Notes: generated from the letters alone by a model not told the origin. A DNA stretch of 61,426 bases, filler included, from 7 parts of 7 records of this genome joined end to end with filler, not necessarily neighbours in it; one strand, 5' to 3'. Positions 1 through 12,967 are shown, counted from the first letter of the whole stretch. Numbers and translations: made by a program.

Positions 1-18
1 TTTTGGAAGGAGAAAGTC

Positions 19-522
19 GTGTTGAGAACGTTTTTGAAAGCGGATGTAGTGATCAGCGCCATCACCTTTTTGGGTGGGTTATACCTCCTTCTCGAAACAA
101 GGACATTCGGTACGCTGGATGCATATGGAAAACTTGGGCCGGATTATTGGCCCAAGTTTGTCCTTGTTACGATAATTGCGCTTAGTGCAGGATTAGCTTT
201 CAGTACGATTAAAGGTGTTATTCGTGGTGCTATTCCTGCTGCGGAAAAAATAGAATTTTCATTGAGTACGCTACGCTTTGTTTGTGCTGTTGTGCTCATT
301 GCTGGATATCTGCTTTTGTTACCGTTTATTGGATTCCTCGTTTTGACTCCGATTCAGATGATAGCATTCATGTTTTTACTGGGAGAGAAAAGCAAGGTAT
401 GGATTTTTACAATTCCCTTTGTGTTGACTGTGGGCATTGTTCTTGTCTTTACAAAGGTAATGTACGTCCCTCTTCCCAGAGGAGTTGGGATATTTCTTGA
501 TATTAGTCATCTGCTGTATTGA
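19..522 (+). CDS. tctB: Tripartite tricarboxylate transporter small subunit TctB
   Basis: 167 aa with about 4 TM segments, a LGPDYWP motif and C-terminal VPLPRG; directly upstream of tctA. Confidence 0.85.
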   Translation: MLRTFLKADVVISAITFLGGLYLLLETRTFGTLDAYGKLGPDYWPKFVLVTIIALSAGLAFSTIKGVIRGAIPAAEKIEFSLSTLRFVCAVVLIAGYLLLLPFIGFLVLTPIQMIAFMFLLGEKSKVWIFTIPFVLTVGIVLVFTKVMYVPLPRGVGIFLDISHLLY

Positions 523-542
523 TTTGCCAAGGAGTCAAAAAA

Positions 543-2069
543 ATGGATATCTGGTTAGTAGCATTAGGGAATGTGTTTTCTCCATGGGCTTTAATTCTGA
601 TTGCCGGTGGCGTCCTGATGGGAGTCATGCTAGGCGCCATTCCGGGATTGAATTCGCCAATGGGGACTGCTCTGTTGATTCCTTTTACCTATGCAATGGA
701 TTCAACAAGCGGTCTTTTGTTGCTTACAGCAGTGTATTGTGGCGGGACTTTTGGAGGCTCAATTTCAGCCATTCTGTTTAATGTTCCAGGAGCTCCAGAG
801 GCCTCAGTTACCGGATTTGACGGTTATCCGATGGCGAAGGCAGGTAAAGCCGGAAAAGCCTTGGGGTATGCCATAATGTGTAGCTGTCTGGGCGGGCTGT
901 TCAGTGTCGCGGTCATGAATATGATATCGCCATTACTTGCAAAAGTTGCCCTTTCTTTTTCCGAGCCTGAATATTTTGCACTGGCCCTGGCAGCGTTAAC
1001 GCTTATCGCCTCACTTGGTGGTGACAGGATGCTGAAGGCGTTTTTGGTAGGCTTTATTGGTTTGTTGATTGCAACAATCGGTATTGACCCTATGACCAGT
1101 ATAGAGCGTTTTACCTTTGGGAGCGCTGGTTTGATGGCTGGGATTAACTTTATTCCTGCACTCATTGGGGCGTTTGCCGTGGGGGAGATTCTGGCAACAT
1201 CAGAGGCGGGAACTCAAAAGGCTGGCGAGGCTGTGGTTAAAGTGTCAACTGAGCTGCCTAAAATTTTGGAATTATTTAAATTAAGATGGACTATCCTGCG
1301 ATCGGCGGTCATTGGCACCTTGATTGGGATTTTACCCGGAGTTGGTGCCACCACTGCTGCTTTTGTCGGCTATTCAGAGGCCGTTCGCTGGTCTAAACAC
1401 CCTGAAAAATTCGGGACTGGTATTCCTGAAGGAATTGCGGCCCCGGAAACGTGCAATAATGCGGCAACAGGAGGGGCTATGGTTCCCTTGCTGACATTGG
1501 GTATTCCCGGCAGTGCGACGACGGCGGTTATTATTGGCGGTTTCCTGGTCCATGGGCTGCAGCCGGGACCAATGCTTTTTCTGAATCAGCCGGATTTGAT
1601 GTATTCAATATTTATTGCGATGTATGTTGCTAATATATTTATGCTTTTTTCCGGTATTGTAGTAGCGAAGATGTTTTCTAACTTCAGGAAAATACGATAT
1701 TCCATTCTGGGGCCCTGTATTTTTGTATTTGCCACCGTAGGTGCGTTTGGCATAAGCAACAGTATGGCAGACGTCTGGGTCATGTTTGCTTTCGGTTTGC
1801 TTGGTTATGTCATGAAGAAGTATCACTATCCCATTGCACCGCTAATTATTGCCCTGGTACTTGGAGAACTTGCTGAGATATCTCTGAGGCGTGGAATGAG
1901 AATGGAAGACTATGATCTTGGAGCTTTTCTCGTCAGGCCCATTGGTGGGACAATTCTGCTGGTAACTGTCGTTACCCTTATGTTTACCATATATAGCAAG
2001 GTCAAATCATCGCGCGCTGTTTTGCCCGATATCGCCGGCAAAGAGGTCAACGAGGCCGCAGGAAACTGA
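543..2069 (+). CDS. tctA: Tripartite tricarboxylate transporter large subunit TctA
   Basis: GAIPGL, GGSISAILFNVPGAP, APETCNNA and LTLGIPGS motifs; ATG at 543 follows AAGGAG. Confidence 0.93.
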   Translation: MDIWLVALGNVFSPWALILIAGGVLMGVMLGAIPGLNSPMGTALLIPFTYAMDSTSGLLLLTAVYCGGTFGGSISAILFNVPGAPEASVTGFDGYPMAKAGKAGKALGYAIMCSCLGGLFSVAVMNMISPLLAKVALSFSEPEYFALALAALTLIASLGGDRMLKAFLVGFIGLLIATIGIDPMTSIERFTFGSAGLMAGINFIPALIGAFAVGEILATSEAGTQKAGEAVVKVSTELPKILELFKLRWTILRSAVIGTLIGILPGVGATTAAFVGYSEAVRWSKHPEKFGTGIPEGIAAPETCNNAATGGAMVPLLTLGIPGSATTAVIIGGFLVHGLQPGPMLFLNQPDLMYSIFIAMYVANIFMLFSGIVVAKMFSNFRKIRYSILGPCIFVFATVGAFGISNSMADVWVMFAFGLLGYVMKKYHYPIAPLIIALVLGELAEISLRRGMRMEDYDLGAFLVRPIGGTILLVTVVTLMFTIYSKVKSSRAVLPDIAGKEVNEAAGN

Positions 2070-2127
2070 TAAAATTTTTCAGTGAAGGCCGAATAGAACA
2101 GATGCGTACAGTGGGAGAAATGTGCAA

Positions 2128-3116
2128 ATGAAAATCAATAGTGCATGCCTTACGGGAGTTCGGGCAATAGAGGTGCGTGAGCGGGAACTGCAAATTTCAG
2201 ATAATGAGATTCTTGTAAAAGCGCATGCAGCCGGAATCTGCGGGCAGGATAAAAATCTTTATAACGGGATTATTCCACCTTCCGGGGGCCTGAATACTGA
2301 GATGAAAAACCCGTTCAGTTATCCCTATTTTTTGGACATGAGTCAGGTGGAACTGTCGTCGAGGTCGGCAAACACGTTCGAAAATATAAACCTGGTGACA
2401 AAGTTGTCGCCTTTGCATGGGTAGAGACATATTCAGATTATTTTAAAGCCATTGAGGAAGAGCTCGAGCCAGCTCCAGAGGGACTGGCAATGGATCTGGT
2501 TAGTTTAGGTGAACCCGTAAGCTGTGCAGTTTTCTCCGGGTTGTGCTCGAAGGTTCAGCTAGGAGATATTGTAGCGGTAATCGGTATGGGATTTGCCGGC
2601 CAGGTGATTGCTCAGGTAGCCAAACAGAAAGGGGCGCATAAGGTAATCGGAGTCGATGTTGTCGGAGGAAAACTCAAGTTGGCGGAAAAGCTTGGGTTGA
2701 GTCACGCGATAAACAGTTCCACTGAAGATCCGCTCTCCGCAATTCTTGATTTGACTGACGGCAACGGGGCGGATGTGGTGGTAGAGGTAGCAGGAACTAA
2801 CGAGGCGATTCAGCTTTGTAACGATGCCGTCAAACATAATGGCACAATCGTTTTTTACAGCTGGATGACCCAGGATATTACGTTGAATATATCGAGGTGG
2901 CACAATAATTCGTTGGAAATTGTTAATACCGGCCTTGTCCATCATGGCGTGATGCAAAGACATATCTGGGTACCGCAGGCTTTGAGGCCGGTTCTGCAAA
3001 ATCAGATTCAGATTGAGCCGCTTATTACCCATATCTACGGTCTCAAAGATATCGATAAAGCAATGGAAACAGCAAACTATGATCCTGAAGCGGTAAAAGT
3101 GCTGATCAGAACATGA
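2128..3116 (+). CDS. Zn-dependent medium-chain dehydrogenase (one frameshift near 2330)
   Basis: ICGQD catalytic Cys; restoring one T in the run near 2330 gives FGHESGG and continues into the 2490-3116 frame with the GMGFAG Rossmann motif. Confidence 0.85.
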
Positions 3117-3183
3117 CCAGGATAGCGATCATATATTATTGGGTTGCTCAAACATTTTTTACAGCAAGGACTGAGATACGTTT

Positions 3184-4365
3184 ATGAGTGATTTTCTCTA
3201 TCGTCAGCTGGCCAAGTCTGCACAACTTGAGAAAGTGACCTGTGGCCAGAATATTTCACTAAAAGTTGATTTGGCTTTAGCTCACGATGGTACCGGGCCT
3301 GATGTTTTGGACAAAATCGAAGCTGACAGCCTCAGCTTCGCCAATGACTGTAGAGTCGTTTTTACGTTAGATCACTCGTTCCCGGCACCAACGGTAAAAG
3401 ACCGGGAGTTTCAAAGAAAAATAGCCGGCTATGCAGACAGGAATGACTCGATCACGCTGTACAAAAATGCAGAAGGTGTATTGCATCAGGTCGTCGCTGA
3501 AGAAGAATCCTTATGGCCGGGCATGATAATTGTTGGAGCAGATGGACACGTTGCCACGGCTGGAGCTTTGAGTGCGATTGCTTTTTCCGTTTCACCTTCA
3601 GATTTTGCCCGTGTTGTCAGCTGCGGATCTTATCAGGTAGCAGTGCCTGAGCAGATCATAATAGCAATTGAGGGGGGCGGACCGCAGGTAATGGCGCGTG
3701 ATATCGCCATGCATCTCATGCACTCGTGCGCGGATAAAATCAAGCAGAAAGCTGTGGTGTTAACAGGGCCGGCAGTGGACCGACTGAATATGAGTGAAAA
3801 GATGTCACTGTGCAATTTCTTGCCGGAAGGGGGCGTTGTAACAGCACTGGTGTTACCTGAAGGAGAGAGAAAAAACGTTGATATTACGATAGACGCAGCA
3901 GATATCAGGCCAATGCTTGCTGTTCCTGGAAAAGAAACGGGATTTGTGTATCCGTATGAACTGCAAGGAAAGAAAATATCGGTCGCGATTGCCGGAGGAT
4001 GCTCGTCTGGCCGTCTCAATGATATGAGGGTCGTTTCAGATATCTTATCTAACCGGGATGTGCATCCGGATGTTACGTTCATTATTACACCAGGATCAAG
4101 AAGTGTGTTGGAGTGCATGGACAAATTGAAAATTTCGTCTGTCCTTCGCAAGGCCGGGGCAATAATCATGCCGCCAGGCTGTGGCCCCTGTCCCGGAAAG
4201 CATTTCGGGGTCCTTTGTGATACCGATGTGGCGGTTACCACCACAATTAGAAATAATCCCGGCCGAATAGGTGCCAAAGGAGCAACTGTTTATTTGGCAT
4301 CGCCAGCTACCGTAGCCTTGGCTGCAGTGGAGGGAAGGATAGTTGATCCATTGAATAGACAATGA
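3184..4365 (+). CDS. Aconitase-family large subunit (LeuC/HacA-like hydro-lyase)
   Basis: DH, GVLHQ and GADGH motifs; Fe-S ligands in GGCSSGR and PGCGPC; C-terminal YLASP. Confidence 0.85.
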   Translation: MSDFLYRQLAKSAQLEKVTCGQNISLKVDLALAHDGTGPDVLDKIEADSLSFANDCRVVFTLDHSFPAPTVKDREFQRKIAGYADRNDSITLYKNAEGVLHQVVAEEESLWPGMIIVGADGHVATAGALSAIAFSVSPSDFARVVSCGSYQVAVPEQIIIAIEGGGPQVMARDIAMHLMHSCADKIKQKAVVLTGPAVDRLNMSEKMSLCNFLPEGGVVTALVLPEGERKNVDITIDAADIRPMLAVPGKETGFVYPYELQGKKISVAIAGGCSSGRLNDMRVVSDILSNRDVHPDVTFIITPGSRSVLECMDKLKISSVLRKAGAIIMPPGCGPCPGKHFGVLCDTDVAVTTTIRNNPGRIGAKGATVYLASPATVALAAVEGRIVDPLNRQ

Positions 4366-4424
4366 TCGTCAGCAGTATACAGGAATGTTTAATTATTATC
4401 AGTAAGCAAAAGGAGCAATGAATC

Positions 4425-5597
4425 ATGACAATTAAAAGTGGGCGTCATTTTTTGCAGATACCAGGACCAAGTAATGTCCCCGATCGTGTACTGCATGCCA
4501 TTGGCCAACCGACCATTGACCATCGTGGCCCTGAATTCCAAAAGATTTCAGAAGATGTGTTAACAGGGTCAAAACGAATGTTTAAAACATCAGGGCCGGT
4601 TGTGATATTCCCCACCTCTGGAACGGGATCCTGGGAAGCAGCTTTGATGAACACCTTAAGTCCGGGTGATAAAATATTGATGTTTGAAACAGGGCATTTC
4701 GCAACGCTGTGGTATAACATGGCCAAAAAATTTGGTCTGGACGTTGATTTTGTGCCAACGAACTGGCGTCATGGAGCAGATCCTGCAATTGTAGAAGAAA
4801 AACTGAAAGAGGATACCGAACATAAAATCAAATCGGTAAATATCGTTCATAACGAGACATCGACAGGGGTTGCAAGCAGGATAGCCGAAGTCAGGGCCGC
4901 CATTGACCGGGCAGATCATCCGGCACTCTTTATGGTGGATACCATATCATCCCTGGGATCAATCGATTACCGTCATGATGAGTGGAAAGTTGATGTCACG
5001 GTAGGATGTTCTCAGAAAGGGTTGATGCTTCCTCCAGGACTCGGTTTTAATGCGATAAGTGAAAAGGCTCTGGAAGCCTCAAAAGGCAATGGGTTTGTCA
5101 GGCATTTTTGGGACTGGAGTGAAATGCTGAAAGCCAACAATAACTTTTTTTATCCGTCTACACCAGCCACAAATCTGCTCTACGGTTTGAAAGAATCCAT
5201 TGCCATGCTTGAAGAAGAGGGCCTGAGCAATGTATTTGCAAGGCATGATCGTTTTGCTGAAGCAACCAGAAGAGCGGTAAAAACATGGGGACTGGAAGTC
5301 CTCTGTGAAGAACCTTCAGAGTATAGCAGTGTTTTGACCGCGGTTAAGATGCCGGAAGGTAAAAGTGCTGATGGCCTGAGGAAGGTAATCTTAGAGAATT
5401 TTAATATGTCTCTTGGCAATGGGCTGGGTAAAATAGCCGATAAAGTTTTTCGCATCGGCCATTTGGGAGATTTGAGTGATCTCAGCCTTATTGGTACTCT
5501 GGCTGGTGTGGAAATGGGGCTTGCACTTGGCGGTATCGATCACAACGAAGGTGGTGTTGCTGCCGCCATGGCCTATTTATGTGATACTGCAGCCTGA
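4425..5597 (+). CDS. Class V PLP aminotransferase, serine/alanine-glyoxylate aminotransferase type
   Basis: GRHFLQIPGPSNVP, HNETSTG, SQKGLMLPPG (PLP lysine) and FRIGHLG. Confidence 0.9.
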   Translation: MTIKSGRHFLQIPGPSNVPDRVLHAIGQPTIDHRGPEFQKISEDVLTGSKRMFKTSGPVVIFPTSGTGSWEAALMNTLSPGDKILMFETGHFATLWYNMAKKFGLDVDFVPTNWRHGADPAIVEEKLKEDTEHKIKSVNIVHNETSTGVASRIAEVRAAIDRADHPALFMVDTISSLGSIDYRHDEWKVDVTVGCSQKGLMLPPGLGFNAISEKALEASKGNGFVRHFWDWSEMLKANNNFFYPSTPATNLLYGLKESIAMLEEEGLSNVFARHDRFAEATRRAVKTWGLEVLCEEPSEYSSVLTAVKMPEGKSADGLRKVILENFNMSLGNGLGKIADKVFRIGHLGDLSDLSLIGTLAGVEMGLALGGIDHNEGGVAAAMAYLCDTAA

Positions 5598-5627
5598 TTC
5601 GTATGCTGAAGGCCTGCAAATGAAAGA

Positions 5628-5702
5628 AAAATCTGTATTTTGCTATGCTTCTGCTGCCATGACGACGCTCATCTTCATGGCAGCAGTTTGGTTGCAGATT
5701 TT
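5628..5702. repeat. Long intergenic stem-loop
   Basis: Perfect 12-bp stem CTGCTGCCATGA/TCATGGCAGCAG (5651-5686) inside an outer AAAATCTGTA/TGCAGATTTT pairing. Confidence 0.7.
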
Positions 5703-5800
5703 CACCTAAATGTCGGCAAAATATTAGGTACGACCTTTTCTGCGGTAGAATCCGGCTGATTTTGCGAACTGGCTGGTGTTGATGAAATAAAGGAGTTGAA

Positions 5801-8665
5801 ATGCAAGGTAATGAAGAAGCTTTTGATAAACTGAGAGCAGAAATTGCGGGTGATGTACTAAACAGTGAACTGCACCGGTCTCTGTACAGCAGTGGTGCGT
5901 CGTTGTTCAGGATAAAGCCGCAAGCAATTGTGCAGCCGAAAGAAAAAAGCGACCTTATTAAAACTGTTCAGTTTGCAAAAGAGCATGGAATTCCTCTGAC
6001 ACCACGTGGAGGCGGTACCAGCCGTGCCGGGAATGAACTCGGAAGTGGAATACTTGTTGATTTCAGTAAATATTTGACTGAAATAATCGAGCTCAACGTA
6101 GAGCAGAAATGGGTTAGAATTCAGCCGGGAATTATCCTGGCTGATCTAAATAAGATGCTGAAACCGCAACATCTGTATTTTCCTATTGATCCTTCAACCA
6201 AAGACTCGGCAACGCTTGGCGGTATGATTGCCAACAATTCCAGCGGTCCTCACGCGGTCAAATACGGGACTACAAGGGCTCATGTGAAATCTCTGGAACT
6301 GATTCTCAGTAATGGTGAAGTTATTCAGACGGGAGCTCATGCCGTTTCAGACCAAACCAATGGGCAGCAGACGACATTACAGTCGCAGATTTATAGTTCG
6401 GTTGCTGATATTTTGAATCACTACTGTGACTACCTTGAGGAGGAAAAACCGTTTACCACGAAGAATTCCTGTGGATATCATATCTGGGACCTTATGGATC
6501 ATGATTCTCTCGATCTGACCCCACTTTTGGTCGGTTCGGAAGGCACGCTGGCGCTGGTGACAGAGGCTACACTGCAGTTATCGTCCATCCCTGAAAAAGT
6601 TTTGAGTGGTTTTGTCTATTTTGATGACCTGGGAAAAGTCGGTGAAGCAACCCAGGAGATTCTTGCGGAAGGTCCGTCAATGATTGAGATTATGGAAAAA
6701 CATATTCTTGATTTGGCTCGGGAGCAACGACCGGAGCTGGCTGAGTATTTTCCGGAAAACACCGAGGCGTCATTGTTTATTGAATTTCAGGAAGGATCTG
6801 ATGAGGCCTTGCAGGAAAAGTTTTCTAACATCAGGAAACGACTGCTTGGGGACAAACAACATGCTGTCAATGTCCTCCAGGCCAGAAATGCAGAGGATAT
6901 GAAAACTTTTACAAAGGTGCGGAGCATCTCCGGACCTATCCTCAATAGGATGAAAGGACCGAGAAAACCGATTGCCTTTATTGAAGACGCCGCCGTACAT
7001 GTAAGCAGACTTCCTGAATATATAAGTGGGCTGAGAGGACTTTTTGATCGTTTCAAGATAAAGGCGGCTATTTATGGCCATGCTGGTGATGGAAACCTTC
7101 ACACAATGGCAATATTGGACCTGAAGCAGCAGGAAGATGTTGAAACCATGCTCAATCTGGCCGATGCTGTCTGCGACCTGGTTCTTGACTTGAAAGGCAC
7201 AGTCAGTGGAGAGCATGCAGACGGCAGATTGAGAACACATTTCATAGAACGACAGTATCCTCATCTTTATCACGCAATGAGAGAGATTAAGGCCCTGTTT
7301 GACCCTGACAATATCATGAATCCTGGGGTTATCATCTCGGACGGAGAAAACCCTCTTGGTACTAATCTGAAATATGGACCGGATTTCTCAATTGTAAAAA
7401 CTGACAGTGCTTTTGACCATATCACCATGCAGGAGCAGATAGAAAATTGTTCGGGATGTGGAAAATGCAGATCATATTGTCCGATTGCCAGTAATAAATT
7501 AGAAGAGTGGACAAAAGGAAGAGGGAAAATAACTCTTTACAGAGAGTTGATATCCGGCAAACTCGACCCTCAAATACTCAATGATCCCGAGTTCAGGGAC
7601 GTGATAGATTCCTGTATCAATTGTAAGCGGTGTCTCACTGAGTGTCCGTCTGGAGTAGATGTTCCGTGGCTTGCGATGGCCGGCAGACATGAATATGTGG
7701 TCAGGAAAGGAGAGGGGTTGGTGAATCGGGTGCTAACTGACACCAAGACGCTGTGTAGCCAAGGCAGCATGTTTGCTCCAATCGCTAATGTTGCGACTTC
7801 TCTTGCACCAATTAGATGGGGTCTGCAGAAAGCGATAGGTATGGAAAGCAAACGGCATCTTCCTCAGTTCCGTAATAAAACCTTGCGGAAGATACTCAAG
7901 AACCGCCCGGTACAGAAGTTTTCGCGAGAAGTTGTATTTTTCCTGGGATGTTACACTAATTATAATGATCCTGAGGGAGAGGGGCTTGCAGTCATTGATG
8001 TACTCGCGCATAACGGCGTAAATGTAATAATGCCTAAATTCAAGTGTTGCGGTATAGCCAGAATAAGTGCAGGTGGTCAGGACCAGATTATGGATGATAT
8101 TCAGTATAACCTGAAACTTCTACTGGAATATACTGAGCGGGGCATACCTATAATTTTCAGTGAGCCAAGCTGTGCCCTGGCTGTTATGAAGGAGTATCCA
8201 AGAATTGTCGAATCTGAAGACTCCAGAAAAGTCGCAGAAAATAGCCAGGATATACATCAATACCTCATGGGATTACATACAAAAGGTGAACTGAAAACTG
8301 ATTTCAAAACAATGGATTTGAAAGTTGGTTATCATGCGCCTTGTCATCTGAGAGGAATCGGGGTAGTGGATGAACCTGTTGATTTAATGAACCTTATTCC
8401 CGGAGTTGAGGTTATTCGTTACGCCGATAAATGTTGTGGAATGGGGGGGACATACGGCCTGAAGTCCAAGAATTATGATCTATCAATGAAGATTGGAAAG
8501 CGATTGTTTGATGAGATTAATACCTCAGATGTGGATACAGTGGTAACCGGCTGCGGAGCCTGCAGCATGCAGATTTTTCAAGGGACAAGCCGGGAATCTT
8601 CTCCACCGCTGAAATTGTTGGCCCAGGCCTATGAAAAGGAAGTTGAGACAGAAAGGGTTAACTAG
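5801..8665 (+). CDS. FAD-linked oxidase fused to 4Fe-4S and CCG domains (D-lactate/glycolate dehydrogenase-like, GlcD+GlcF/GlpC architecture)
   Basis: RGGGTS, GHAGDGNLH and GEHADG motifs; two CxxCxxC ferredoxin motifs; two CCG motifs. Confidence 0.9.
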   Translation: MQGNEEAFDKLRAEIAGDVLNSELHRSLYSSGASLFRIKPQAIVQPKEKSDLIKTVQFAKEHGIPLTPRGGGTSRAGNELGSGILVDFSKYLTEIIELNVEQKWVRIQPGIILADLNKMLKPQHLYFPIDPSTKDSATLGGMIANNSSGPHAVKYGTTRAHVKSLELILSNGEVIQTGAHAVSDQTNGQQTTLQSQIYSSVADILNHYCDYLEEEKPFTTKNSCGYHIWDLMDHDSLDLTPLLVGSEGTLALVTEATLQLSSIPEKVLSGFVYFDDLGKVGEATQEILAEGPSMIEIMEKHILDLAREQRPELAEYFPENTEASLFIEFQEGSDEALQEKFSNIRKRLLGDKQHAVNVLQARNAEDMKTFTKVRSISGPILNRMKGPRKPIAFIEDAAVHVSRLPEYISGLRGLFDRFKIKAAIYGHAGDGNLHTMAILDLKQQEDVETMLNLADAVCDLVLDLKGTVSGEHADGRLRTHFIERQYPHLYHAMREIKALFDPDNIMNPGVIISDGENPLGTNLKYGPDFSIVKTDSAFDHITMQEQIENCSGCGKCRSYCPIASNKLEEWTKGRGKITLYRELISGKLDPQILNDPEFRDVIDSCINCKRCLTECPSGVDVPWLAMAGRHEYVVRKGEGLVNRVLTDTKTLCSQGSMFAPIANVATSLAPIRWGLQKAIGMESKRHLPQFRNKTLRKILKNRPVQKFSREVVFFLGCYTNYNDPEGEGLAVIDVLAHNGVNVIMPKFKCCGIARISAGGQDQIMDDIQYNLKLLLEYTERGIPIIFSEPSCALAVMKEYPRIVESEDSRKVAENSQDIHQYLMGLHTKGELKTDFKTMDLKVGYHAPCHLRGIGVVDEPVDLMNLIPGVEVIRYADKCCGMGGTYGLKSKNYDLSMKIGKRLFDEINTSDVDTVVTGCGACSMQIFQGTSRESSPPLKLLAQAYEKEVETERVN

Positions 8666-8808
8666 ATTCTGTTGGTGGGCTGCATCAGTTTTGATCCTTT
8701 GTGGCTGTCAGTCATTAACCGTAAGGGTAATCTACCGCTAGCTCTGAATCGGGAAATCCACCTGCGGCCAGATGTGAGCGTAAGCTTCCCTAGAAAAGAG
8801 ACATGTGA

Positions 8809-8908
8809 NNNNNNNNNNNNNNNNNNNNNNNNNNNNNNNNNNNNNNNNNNNNTTAATTAATTAANNNNNNNNNNNNNNNNNNNNNNNNNNNNNNNNNNNN
8901 NNNNNNNN
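8809..8908. other. Artificial contig linker
   Basis: N44-TTAATTAATTAA-N44. Confidence 0.98.
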
Positions 8909-9298
8909 TTTTTTCACCAGTTTGTCGTTGAACAGAATGGTGACCGGCAAGACCGCTTCGATATCAAGAGCAGGGGACTCACCCCGTTTGTCGATTTCGC
9001 GCGGGTGTTGAGTCTCCAATACGGTATCCGGCAGACCAACACCTGGATCCGGCTGAAGCGTTTGCGTACCAGGATGAAGATGAGCGACGAGTTCTACAGC
9101 GAGATGGTGGATGCATACGAGTTACAGATGCAGCTGTGGGTGATTCACCAGCTCGGACAGATCGAAAACGACGAAGAACCGGATGATTACATTTTTCCCG
9201 ATCAGCTTACCGACCTGGAGAAGCGGATGCTCAAGGACGGATTCTCGGTTATGGACAGGATGCAGCAGCTCCTCAAAAAAGAGCTGGAAGAGTGCTGA
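8909..9298 (+). CDS. DUF294 nucleotidyltransferase-like protein, C-terminal fragment (5' cut by contig edge)
   Basis: Frame open from the contig start: FFHQFVVEQNG..FDIKSRGLTPFVDFARVLSL; typical neighbour of a DEDDh exonuclease. Confidence 0.8.
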   Translation, partial: FFHQFVVEQNGDRQDRFDIKSRGLTPFVDFARVLSLQYGIRQTNTWIRLKRLRTRMKMSDEFYSEMVDAYELQMQLWVIHQLGQIENDEEPDDYIFPDQLTDLEKRMLKDGFSVMDRMQQLLKKELEEC

Positions 9299-10033
9299 GT
9301 GGGCTGGTTATCCGAAAGCCTGAACCGGTTGCGGCGAACCGATGAGGTCATTGCCGACAACAACCGCTATTTCCGAAACCTCGACCGCTCGAGGAAACTG
9401 GCGGATTATTCCTTTGTCGTATACGACACCGAACTGACCGGACTTAACAAGAGAAAGGATGAGATTATCTCTATTGGTGCGGTTCGTATCAGGGGGATGC
9501 GCATTGAACTCGGAGAGACTTTCCATTACTATGTTCGGCCACGGAATCTCGATCACACGAAGGCGACCCTGATCCATCGGATCACGCCGGAGCAGCTCAG
9601 GGTTTCACCGCCTCTGGAGGACGTACTTCCGCTTTTCATCAACTTTATCAGAACCGACCTGCTGGTGGGGCATTTTGTGCAGATCGACACTGCTTTTTTG
9701 AACAGGGCGACCCGCAGGATTTACAATGGTGTCATCGCTAATCCGAACCTGGATACAATGCGCATGGCACAGATATTCAAACAAAGCTCACTCCACAACG
9801 CGCACGGACGTGTTCAACCGGAGAACGGCGGCTACAATCTCGAAAAACTCAGTTCCGAGCTGAACCTGCCGTATTTCGAGGCACACGATGCGCTCGAGGA
9901 TGCACTGCAGACGGCGTACCTGTTTATTTTCCTGGCGAAGAAGCTTGAGACGATCGGGATTGTCACGATCAGCGATCTGTTTAGGGCGGGCCGTCGGATC
10001 GACTGGTCTTCGATGGGAGCGGGCAGTGTCTGA
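9299..10033 (+). CDS. DEDDh 3'-5' exonuclease (DnaQ-like)
   Basis: VVYDTELTG, GHFVQID and HDALEDA motifs. Confidence 0.9.
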   Translation: MGWLSESLNRLRRTDEVIADNNRYFRNLDRSRKLADYSFVVYDTELTGLNKRKDEIISIGAVRIRGMRIELGETFHYYVRPRNLDHTKATLIHRITPEQLRVSPPLEDVLPLFINFIRTDLLVGHFVQIDTAFLNRATRRIYNGVIANPNLDTMRMAQIFKQSSLHNAHGRVQPENGGYNLEKLSSELNLPYFEAHDALEDALQTAYLFIFLAKKLETIGIVTISDLFRAGRRIDWSSMGAGSV

Positions 10034-10217
10034 ATGGAGGGCCTATTCAAGATGAAGGCCAGGCCTTTAAATTGTGCTATCCGACCTTATCATGTGAAGG
10101 CGATCACCATCCGAAATTTGCGCCTCTGTGGGACAAAATAGTTTACTAATATCTTATTTTTTGTACGTTTGGGCAGATATGCACGCAAATAATGAGGATT
10201 ATCGGCAGCGCCACTGA

Positions 10218-12890
<2,673 letters not shown>

Positions 12891-12937
12891 GGCGATTATC
12901 CGCCATTTCATACTGCTTGTACTGACGATATTAAGAG

Positions 12938-12967
12938 AAAAAACTGGGCCTGATGCCCGGTTTTTTT
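12938..12967. terminator. Probable bidirectional intrinsic terminator after alaS
   Basis: AAAAAACTGGGC-CTGAT-GCCCGGTTTTTTT. Confidence 0.75.

Noticed and set aside
8779..8808. Possible IS3-like terminus at the end of contig 1
   Set aside because: Only about 30 bp with loose resemblance and no transposase sequence
8853..8864. TTAATTAATTAA repeated six times in the window
   Set aside because: Always embedded in N runs; an artificial linker, not a biological repeat
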